DNA of 64,000 nucleotides from a bacterium (GTDB lineage Bacteria; Cyanobacteriota; Vampirovibrionia; Gastranaerophilales; JBAXKC01): NCBI GenBank assembly GCA_037137535.1, contig JBAXKC010000009.1, positions 26,871 to 90,870 of the forward strand, read 5' to 3'. Shown piece by piece: positions 56,449 to 64,000 of this stretch (position 1 is its first letter; each line of letters starts with the position of its first letter). The notes under the pieces were generated by a model. It saw only the letters and a program-made list of their open reading frames with translations, ran no database searches and was not told where the DNA came from. The position numbers and the translations under genes were made by a program.

Positions 56449-58794
56449 ATGGGAAAAGAATTATTTAATAAAGTTTTTTTATCCTTAATTTTATCGTCTT
56501 ATATGACGATAAACCTTATGCAGCCGGCTCAAAGCACTGAAAAAGTTTATATCAAAAATCTAAAATATGCTAATAATATTATTAATATTGAAACTGGTGC
56601 AAATATTGCAAATTCAAAAATTTCACCTAAAATTCTAAGAATGGCTAATCCTGACAGGATTATTGTTGATATTCCTAATAGTGTTCTTCTCCCTATTAAA
56701 TTTGATATGCCTATACATTCTGCTATTTCGTCAGTTTCTATGATTAGAGCAGCACAATTTTCAACAAATCCTAATATTGTTAGAGTCGTTATTTATTCTT
56801 CGCCTAATACCGTAAAAAACACTAAAACTCTATCAATTAACAAAAATAATTCTGATTTTATTTTAAAGTTGGGTAATACAGCTTTTAAAGCTCAAAAACC
56901 TGTATTAAAGTCAATTTCTGCTCCTAAAACTCTACCTTTAGCCAAAGTCTCGCCTTCTTCAGTTTTAAAATCTGCTGTTAAACCTGTTTCTTTGGAAAAA
57001 AACAAATCTGATAAAGTAATTAAACCTGTAGCTAAACCTATTATTACTACTATTAGTCATTCTCAGAGCGTTAAATTTTCTGTTATGCCTTTAGATAATA
57101 AGAAGCTTAATATAGCTACAAAACCAATAGCGAAAGTAAAAGTAAAAACTGGCATTCCAACTATAACTAATACTAGCAGCGTTAAATCTGCTGTAAAGCC
57201 CGGTTTAACTAATAAAGAGGTAAAGCCAAAAACTGTTTCAGTCGTCAAACCTGTTGTTATATCTGTGCCTAAGCAAATTATAACTCAAGTTGCTAAGCCA
57301 ACAGTTAAATCACCTTCGGCGGTTAAACAGCAAGTTGTTAATCAAAACAGTCAGGTTTCTTATGCAACACCAAAAGAACTTGATATGACTAAACAAAGTG
57401 ATGTTTTAAGTTTTTTACAAGAAGAGCTTAGAGAAATAAACTTAGATAATTATCGACCTGCAACAACACAAACTGTTGTATCTTCACCAAATTATAAAAT
57501 TCCTGTCAAAGCTGATAAAATGTTAATAACTTCTGTTAAATCAACTGAAAATAAACTTGTTATCAGCGGAAACGGAGCTTTCGGCGAAAGTGATTTTTTT
57601 ACTTTAGATAATCCCAATCGTTTAGTTTATGATTTTGAAAATACTACAGTTTCTTCTCCAAATTTATTAAGAACCTATAAAATCAATAATAAAGATACTT
57701 TAAAACTGGGGCAGTTCACAAAAGACACGTTAAGAGCAGTTATTGAAACACCGACTCCCGAGAAATATAAATCTTATTTATCAACAGAGGTGAATGGTTT
57801 TGCTTTTTCTACAGAAAATAAGCAGGCTTTTTCTAATTCATCAGCTCCCAGCTTTTCTGGGAAAATTAATAATATTTATGTAAAAAATAAAGATTCAGAA
57901 ACCACATCAATTATGATAAATTCTTCTGCTCCTGTTATTTATAATTTTTTCAGAAAAAACTATCCTCAAGAATTTAACCTCGAATTATTTAATATTTTTA
58001 AGCCAACTCCAAATATCATAGCCTCTTTAAAGTCAACAGGTTTATTTAAAGGTGTAAAAGCTGAAAAATTCGGTAGAGAGGAAGTCGGTACTTTATTAAG
58101 ATTCAATATTAGTTCTAATACCAGAGTTGAAGAACATATTAGTGCAGATGGAAGAAATATTGAGCTTATTTTCAAGCTGAAAAAACCTCAACAAGTTTGG
58201 CAACCTAGAGAAATTAATGAAATTCCTCAAAGAAAAATGACAATTTCTCCTCTTGTACGAAAAATTGTTATAGATGCTGGACATGGAGGAAGTGATGTCG
58301 GAGCAACAAGATCGGGAATTTATGAAAAAGATATAACTCTCGATGTTGCTAAAAAATTGGCAAGATATCTTCAAAATGCAGGATATACGGTTGTATTTAC
58401 AAGAAATAAAGATGAAGACGTTTCATTAAAAGACAGATCGGCTATTTCTAACGCTGAAAATCCTGATTTATTTGTAAGTGTGCATGTGAATTCCTCTACA
58501 AGCCCAATTGCAAGAGGATTAGAAACTCACTGGTACACAGCTCAAAGTAAAGAACTGGCACAAGATGTACAAGATGAACTTGTTCATTCTGTGAACTCAA
58601 GCGATAGAGGTATATGTAATTCAAGATTTTATGTAATAAATCATACCCTTGCTCCATCAATTCTTGTTGAAATCGGATTTATTTCGAATGATAATGAAAG
58701 AAGCGAACTTTTAACCTCAAGCAGACAAGAGGCAACTGCCAGATCAATAGCAAATGGGGTTTTAAAATATATTGATAACAGATACAAGCCTTAA
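56449..58794 (+). CDS. amiC: N-acetylmuramoyl-L-alanine amidase (Amidase_3) with AMIN domains, AmiC-like
   Basis: Signal peptide; NPDRIIVDI and NPNRLVYDF AMIN motifs; IDAGHGG, EKD, SVHVN, LVEIGF. Confidence 0.9.
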   Translation: MGKELFNKVFLSLILSSYMTINLMQPAQSTEKVYIKNLKYANNIINIETGANIANSKISPKILRMANPDRIIVDIPNSVLLPIKFDMPIHSAISSVSMIRAAQFSTNPNIVRVVIYSSPNTVKNTKTLSINKNNSDFILKLGNTAFKAQKPVLKSISAPKTLPLAKVSPSSVLKSAVKPVSLEKNKSDKVIKPVAKPIITTISHSQSVKFSVMPLDNKKLNIATKPIAKVKVKTGIPTITNTSSVKSAVKPGLTNKEVKPKTVSVVKPVVISVPKQIITQVAKPTVKSPSAVKQQVVNQNSQVSYATPKELDMTKQSDVLSFLQEELREINLDNYRPATTQTVVSSPNYKIPVKADKMLITSVKSTENKLVISGNGAFGESDFFTLDNPNRLVYDFENTTVSSPNLLRTYKINNKDTLKLGQFTKDTLRAVIETPTPEKYKSYLSTEVNGFAFSTENKQAFSNSSAPSFSGKINNIYVKNKDSETTSIMINSSAPVIYNFFRKNYPQEFNLELFNIFKPTPNIIASLKSTGLFKGVKAEKFGREEVGTLLRFNISSNTRVEEHISADGRNIELIFKLKKPQQVWQPREINEIPQRKMTISPLVRKIVIDAGHGGSDVGATRSGIYEKDITLDVAKKLARYLQNAGYTVVFTRNKDEDVSLKDRSAISNAENPDLFVSVHVNSSTSPIARGLETHWYTAQSKELAQDVQDELVHSVNSSDRGICNSRFYVINHTLAPSILVEIGFISNDNERSELLTSSRQEATARSIANGVLKYIDNRYKP

Positions 58795-58809
58795 TTTAGG
58801 AGCAAGAAA

Positions 58810-59631
58810 ATGTCTGACAGTAGACCTATTGCAGTTTTTGACTCGGGAGTCGGAGGTCTTTCAGTATTAAAGAAGTTATTAGAAAAATTACCTGATGAAA
58901 ATTATATTTATTTTGGCGATACTGCAAGAATTCCCTACGGAGAAAAATCTAAAGAACAGTTAATTTCCTACGCAAGAGAAATTCTTGACTGGTATGGATC
59001 TTTAGATGTCAAACTTGCATTAATGGCTTGTAATACCAGTTCTGCAACTTCTCTTGATATAGTCAAGTCAGATTATACTTTTGAAATTATGGGTTTGATT
59101 TATCCTACAGCCAGTTATATTGCTGAAAATAACTTTAAGAAAATCGGCGTAATTGCTACTTCAGCAACCGTAAAATCTCATGCATACAAAAATGCTATTT
59201 TAAAATTAAATCCACAGGCTGAAATATATGAAACAGCTTGCCCTGGACTGGTTGAGATTGTTGAAAGAGGTGAATATAATTCTAAAAAGGCTTATGAGGC
59301 TGTAAAAGTTTATATAGAACCGCTATTAGAACAAGGAATAGAAAAAATTGTATTAGGATGTACCCACTATCCTTATTTGAGAGCTGTTATAAACGAAGTA
59401 ACTTTAAATAGCGAGATGCTGATTGACCCTGCCGAGTTTATGGTTAAGAGTGCAAAAAATTATCTTGATGAAAATAATCTTGTAAATCATTCACAACCTT
59501 GTAACTCACAATTTTATGTAAGCTCAAATCCTGCCATATTTGAACAAACAGGCAAGATTTTCCTTGAAAGAGAAATTAAAGCTGATTTATTAGATACAAA
59601 AGTTTATTCTGACAGTAAATCTCTTGTATAA
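58810..59631 (+). CDS. murI: Glutamate racemase
   Basis: FDSGVGGLSV, PYG, ACNTS, LGCTHYP. Confidence 0.97.
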   Translation: MSDSRPIAVFDSGVGGLSVLKKLLEKLPDENYIYFGDTARIPYGEKSKEQLISYAREILDWYGSLDVKLALMACNTSSATSLDIVKSDYTFEIMGLIYPTASYIAENNFKKIGVIATSATVKSHAYKNAILKLNPQAEIYETACPGLVEIVERGEYNSKKAYEAVKVYIEPLLEQGIEKIVLGCTHYPYLRAVINEVTLNSEMLIDPAEFMVKSAKNYLDENNLVNHSQPCNSQFYVSSNPAIFEQTGKIFLEREIKADLLDTKVYSDSKSLV

Positions 59632-60872
59632 TTAATTGCAACATCTAATGCACCTTGATTTTTTTCAAATATTTCAAGGCAAGCCTTAGAGCTGTTTTGG
59701 TATAATTCTTTATCTTTTAATAAATCAGAGATTATTTCAGTAAGTTTCTTTTCATCTTCAGCTATTAGGGCTGATTTGTTTTGTATCATAAGTTTATAAA
59801 TGTCTTTAAAATTAAATACAGTCGGACCACTTACAACAGGAATTCCAAATATTGCTGATTCTAGGGGATTATGCCCGCCTGTTCCTGAGAAACTTCCGCC
59901 AATAAAAGAAATAGTTGCAAGAGCATACATTTTGCCAAGTTCGCCCATTGTATCAATTACTATTATGTCTTTATCCTTAAAAGTATTTGATGCTTTTCTT
60001 GAACCATAGGAAAATCCGCTTTCTTCAACAAGTTTAAATACTTGAGAATGTCTTTCGGGATGACGTGGAGCAAGTAAAAGTTTCAAATCAGGGTATTCTT
60101 TTTTTAGTGAAGAATAAGAGGCTAAAACTATTTCATCTTCGCCTTTATGAGTGCTTCCCGCAATCAAAACCTGTTGATTTTCCAAATATAAAGAATTTTT
60201 TAGTGAAATAAGTTGCTCTGCATCTAATGGGGACTTAATGTCAAATTTTAAATTCCCCATAGTCTTTGTTATATCTAAATTTGCACCTATATCAATAATT
60301 CTGTCTTTGTCTCCGTCAGATTGTGTAAGAATTAAACGATAATTTTTAAATATTTCTCTAAAGAAAAATTTCGCTTTTTTATAGCCTTTATGAGAGTTAG
60401 GGGAAATTCTTCCATTTACAATCATCAAAGGAATATTATTTTTACTTATTTTATGAGAAAACATCGGCCATATTTCTGTTTCAGCCACTATTGCAAGTGC
60501 AGGATTAAAGGCTTTTATTGCGAAATTGACCGAAAACGCAAAATCATAAGGGAAATAAGCAATTATATCTGCATATTGGCTTAATTTTGCATTAGCAACC
60601 GCTTGACCTGTTCTTGTAACAGTCGTTAAAACAAGTTTATATTCAGGAAATTCCTGTTTTAATCTTTTAAAAAAGTTTTCAATAGCATTTACTTCGCCTA
60701 CAGAAACAGCATGAATCCATATTGATTTATCTTTTAATCTTTTTTTTCCGTAAAATCCGATTTTTTCAAAAAAACCTGCTCTTAATTTTGCTTTTAATGC
60801 AAATAAAAACATAATTATCGGGCTTAAAATAAGTGCTAGGATAATTAAGGTAACATTATATAAAAAATACAT
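59604..60872 (-). CDS. waaA: 3-deoxy-D-manno-octulosonic acid (Kdo) transferase
   Basis: WIHAVSVGE, ETEIWP, VNGRIS, GSTH, APRHPER, GGHNPLE. Confidence 0.93.
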   Translation of the reverse strand: MYFLYNVTLIILALILSPIIMFLFALKAKLRAGFFEKIGFYGKKRLKDKSIWIHAVSVGEVNAIENFFKRLKQEFPEYKLVLTTVTRTGQAVANAKLSQYADIIAYFPYDFAFSVNFAIKAFNPALAIVAETEIWPMFSHKISKNNIPLMIVNGRISPNSHKGYKKAKFFFREIFKNYRLILTQSDGDKDRIIDIGANLDITKTMGNLKFDIKSPLDAEQLISLKNSLYLENQQVLIAGSTHKGEDEIVLASYSSLKKEYPDLKLLLAPRHPERHSQVFKLVEESGFSYGSRKASNTFKDKDIIVIDTMGELGKMYALATISFIGGSFSGTGGHNPLESAIFGIPVVSGPTVFNFKDIYKLMIQNKSALIAEDEKKLTEIISDLLKDKELYQNSSKACLEIFEKNQGALDVAINYTRDLLSE

Positions 60873-60878
60873 TTTTCC

Positions 60879-62183
60879 TCAGACAATACTTTTAATGTAC
60901 TCGAGAGATCTCTCAGAATATAGTTTATTTCTTAGTTTTTTATTTTTCAAGGTTTTTCTATCAGCTTCAATCGGTTCAATAATTCCCCAATTACTGTTAA
61001 TAGGTTGAAATTGTTTATGTCCGTCAAAAGTTATATAGGTTAATAATGCTCCCAGCATTGTTTTTGACGGCAAATCAAGCATTGGCTCATTATTAAGCAT
61101 ATTACCAAGGTTAATTCCAGCGGCCATACCTGTTGCAATTGATTCTGTATAGCCTTCTACTCCTGTTATTTGTCCACCAAAGAATAAATTCTCACGAATC
61201 CTTGTCTGCAAGGTTTTATTCAGTAATGTCGGGCTATGAATAAAAGTATTTCGGTGCATAACACCATATTTTACGATATTTGCATTTTCTAAGCCCGGTA
61301 TTGATTGAATCAATTCTTTTTGAGATGACCATTTTAAATTTGTTTGAAAGCCGACAAGATTATACAAAGTTGCTGAAAGATTATCCTGTCTTAGTTGAAC
61401 AACAGCATAGCTTTTTTCTTCTGTTCTTTTATCAATAAGTCCAACAGGTTTCATTGGTCCAAATCTTAAAGTATCAACACCTCTGCTTGCAATTACTTCA
61501 ACAGGCAGGCAAGATTCAAAGAATTTAGCATCTTTTTCAAAATCTTTAAGCTCTATTCTTGGTGCATTAATTAAAATGTCATAAAATTTTTCATATTCTT
61601 CTTTTGTCATTGGGCAATTAATATAAGAGGCTTCGCCTTTATCATAACGACTTGCATAAAAGGCTTTTTCAAAATTGATACTGTCTTTTTCAACTATTGG
61701 AGCAATAGCATCAAAGAAATAAAGATGATTTTGACCTGTAAATTGTGCAATTTTTTCGGACAAACTATCTGAAGTTAAAGGACCGCTTGCGATTATGACA
61801 GGAATATCTTCGGGGATTTCTTTTATTTCTTCATTAATAACTTTTATAAGTGGATTTTCATTAATAAGATTTGTTACTTTTTCTGAAAAAAGATTTCTAT
61901 CTACAGCTAAGGCACTTCCAGCAGGAACAACACATTCATCGGCAATTTTTATCAAAAAACATCCTAGTTCTCTTAATTCTTGTTTTAAAAGTCCGCCTGA
62001 AGATTCTACATCATTAGACCCTAAGCTGTTGCTGCAAATGATTTCAGCAAGTTTATCGGTTTTATGTGCGCCTGTGTTCACTTTTGGGCGCATTTCGTAT
62101 AAATCTACACTTATATTTCTTTTAGCTAATTGTAAAGCAGCTTCTGAACCTGCTAAACCTCCGCCTATTACTATTGCTTTCAA
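60879..62183 (-). CDS. trmFO: FAD/folate-dependent tRNA U54 methyltransferase
   Basis: GGGLAGSEAA, CSNSL, FFDAIAP, FGPMKPVG, VGFQT, GVMHRNT, GVEGY. Confidence 0.96.
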   Translation of the reverse strand: MKAIVIGGGLAGSEAALQLAKRNISVDLYEMRPKVNTGAHKTDKLAEIICSNSLGSNDVESSGGLLKQELRELGCFLIKIADECVVPAGSALAVDRNLFSEKVTNLINENPLIKVINEEIKEIPEDIPVIIASGPLTSDSLSEKIAQFTGQNHLYFFDAIAPIVEKDSINFEKAFYASRYDKGEASYINCPMTKEEYEKFYDILINAPRIELKDFEKDAKFFESCLPVEVIASRGVDTLRFGPMKPVGLIDKRTEEKSYAVVQLRQDNLSATLYNLVGFQTNLKWSSQKELIQSIPGLENANIVKYGVMHRNTFIHSPTLLNKTLQTRIRENLFFGGQITGVEGYTESIATGMAAGINLGNMLNNEPMLDLPSKTMLGALLTYITFDGHKQFQPINSNWGIIEPIEADRKTLKNKKLRNKLYSERSLEYIKSIV

Positions 62184-62195
62184 TTTTTTTTACCC

Positions 62196-63188
62196 CTAAG
62201 ATGCGTACTCTTCCGGATCGTTATAATTAGCCATATGCACAAATGTATATAAAACATGAGGATTAAAACTGCGAGATCCTTCTTCCAACATTATTTTAAT
62301 GGCTTCTTTTGAATTTTTCACTTTAACATGCCCTTTTTTCGATGTCAAAACATCGTATGCATTACATACAGAGATTATTTGAGTGTAAATATTGATTAAT
62401 TCGCCTGATATTCCATAAGGATAGCCTGTACCGTCATTTTTTTCATGATGTTCAAGAGCTATTTTTGCTATTACTTCATTCAGCCCCATTTCATTTTTTA
62501 TTATTTTATAACCGACTTGCGGGTGAAGTTGCATCATCTTAGCATCTTTAGCCTGTGCATTTTTGTCTAGCTCAGAGGATTTTGGTATTCTTGTTTTACC
62601 GATATCGTGTAACATCCCGCCTAGTGCGACATCTTTTATTTGCTGTTCATTGAGCTTTAATTTATAACCCAGTAAAATAGCTAATGTAGACACATTTACT
62701 CCATGAGTAATATTAAAATCACCATGCATTTTCAGTTGTGATCTGTAAATTATATCATCGGCAGAAGATAGCACTTCATCCATCAATTTATCCCTTAATT
62801 CAAGACATAAAGATGTACTTTGTTTAATATTTTCTTTAGGTGACAGTAAAATTATTTTGAATAAGTCTTTTATTGCTTCTTGTTTTTTTTGAGAAATTGC
62901 GTGAGATATAACTTTTTTAACTAGAATATTAGGTTGAACAGGTACAGGTAATTTTCTTTCTTCTTCCTCTTCATCACTAATTTCTTCTGTTGATGAATAA
63001 TCAGAACTTTCTATATTATCATCGTCTGAAAATTCATCTCTATAAATTAAATGTAATGATCTTAGTTGAAGTAGTTTACCTGGTGTTAAAATTTCGCCTG
63101 CGCCAAAAATTATTTCTCCGTTGTCATCATATAAGTTAAATGGAAGTATTTTATTAAATGAAATTTCATCTACCGAAATTATTTGCAA
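62196..63188 (-). CDS. HD-GYP domain protein
   Basis: LHDIGK, HHEKNDGTGYP. Confidence 0.88.
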   Translation of the reverse strand: MQIISVDEISFNKILPFNLYDDNGEIIFGAGEILTPGKLLQLRSLHLIYRDEFSDDDNIESSDYSSTEEISDEEEEERKLPVPVQPNILVKKVISHAISQKKQEAIKDLFKIILLSPKENIKQSTSLCLELRDKLMDEVLSSADDIIYRSQLKMHGDFNITHGVNVSTLAILLGYKLKLNEQQIKDVALGGMLHDIGKTRIPKSSELDKNAQAKDAKMMQLHPQVGYKIIKNEMGLNEVIAKIALEHHEKNDGTGYPYGISGELINIYTQIISVCNAYDVLTSKKGHVKVKNSKEAIKIMLEEGSRSFNPHVLYTFVHMANYNDPEEYAS

Positions 63189-63294
63189 AACAAATCTCCA
63201 ACTATTTAAATATTTCTCATTAACTATTAATAATAAACTTAGACATATTTTTCATCAACTCTAAAGCGTATTCTTTAAATAAATCTTTTCATAT

Positions 63295-63329
63295 TTAAAA
63301 CAGGCTATCTGTCAAATAGCCTGTTTTAA
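63295..63329 (-). terminator. Terminator after the last gene
   Basis: TTAAAACAGGCTAT-N7-ATAGCCTGTTTTAA. Confidence 0.75.
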
Positions 63330-63332
63330 TGT

Positions 63333-64000
63333 TTATTCTGCTTTTAGCTCTTCACTTTCAGGCTTTTTTTCTTCTTCCTGTTTTTGCCCTTTAAATTCAG
63401 CGGGTGCATCATCTCTGTCGGGATTCCATCTTGGAAGTTCCATCTGTTTTCTTACGATTCCAATACCGACATGAACTCTCCACTCATCCATTTTAAGTTG
63501 TTTTGCTATAATTTTATGGCATCCGATAGGAGGCAACGGCAATAATGGCTCATAAAGATTTTTTATCGCATCTAATTGATCAGGACTAACAGCTAATTTT
63601 CTTTTTGGAAAAGGAAGTTTTGTGAGTCTTAATTTCTGTCTTACTAGATTTATAGCAAAGAATACTTTATTTGATTCAAGTTGAACCTGTTCAGCAATAA
63701 CTTCATGTACGTCAGGGTTAGGTAAAGGTAAAAGGGGCATATAAAGTTTTTCTATATCAGCAACTTGTTCTCTGCTTACTAATAGATTTCTTTTTACTGC
63801 CGGTCTTCTGAATCCGCCGCCCTGTGGCCTGCCAAATCCGCCGCCTTGATGAGGTCTTCTGAATCCACCACCCTGTGGCCTGCCAAATCCGCCGCCTTGA
63901 GGTCTGTTAAATCCACCTTGTTGTGGTGGTCTATTAAATCCGCCACCTTGATATGGACGTCTTTCTCCGCCTTGGTCATTGTATGGTCTTCTGTAACCAC
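63333..64000 (-). CDS. 5'-truncated protein: Gly/Arg/Phe/Gln low-complexity repeats plus two tandem ~60-aa helical domains
   Basis: The frame of ORF 63333-63740 stays open to the window edge (first codon at 63998): GYRRPYNDQGGERRPYQGGGFNRP...QGGGFRRPAVKRNLLVSREQ... Confidence 0.8.
   Translation of the reverse strand, partial: GYRRPYNDQGGERRPYQGGGFNRPPQQGGFNRPQGGGFGRPQGGGFRRPHQGGGFGRPQGGGFRRPAVKRNLLVSREQVADIEKLYMPLLPLPNPDVHEVIAEQVQLESNKVFFAINLVRQKLRLTKLPFPKRKLAVSPDQLDAIKNLYEPLLPLPPIGCHKIIAKQLKMDEWRVHVGIGIVRKQMELPRWNPDRDDAPAEFKGQKQEEEKKPESEELKAE

Noticed and set aside
56880-57360. K/P/V/S-rich quasi-repeats in the amidase
   Set aside because: Ordinary disordered linker between AMIN domains
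718-62199. Numerous 60-140 aa ORFs antisense to or nested in real genes (e.g. 718-912, 24538-24960, 51615-52027, 61795-62199)
   Set aside because: Shadow frames of well-supported CDSs without recognisable motifs
63794-64000. 68-aa ORF in the track (MVTEDH...)
   Set aside because: Alternative frame of the Gly-rich repeat; the frame continuous with 63333-63740 is open and coherent

Overview
A low-GC, gene-dense bacterial chromosomal segment. No rRNA, tRNA, CRISPR array, transposase or prophage gene was recognised. The mix of cyanobacteria-like genes (amiC-murI, a UPF0367-like ORF, YlqD, ClpP), fermentative Fe-S enzymes, flagellar and chemotaxis genes and a Kdo transferase suggests a non-photosynthetic cyanobacterial relative (Melainabacteria/Vampirovibrionia); this is inferred from gene content only. 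Most of the window is housekeeping: def-fmt, class I fumarase, glnA, lon, pgk, queH, clpP, gmk-coaBC, a polar amino acid ABC transporter, rimM-trmD-uppP, pgi, metK behind a SAM-I riboswitch, amiC-murI, waaA and trmFO. Most interesting observations: (1) an unannotated ~75-nt sRNA candidate (minus strand, ~4875-4800) with a consensus sigma-28 promoter, 5' hairpin, exposed anti-Shine-Dalgarno tract and terminator, plus an apparently homologous element at 31984-32006; (2) a five-gene anaerobic operon (radical SAM, ferredoxin, three 2-hydroxyacyl-CoA-dehydratase/DUF2229-like subunits, no ATPase activator) resembling split ether-lipid/plasmalogen machinery; (3) a single-chain double-UvrD-fold helicase coupled to an Fe-S PD-(D/E)XK nuclease; (4) a divergent fliJ-fliK-flgE/G-like module and several orphan effector-like proteins; (5) a truncated protein with QGGGFxRP repeats and two tandem HTH-like domains. 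All calls rest on motif recognition by eye; no database searches were run.
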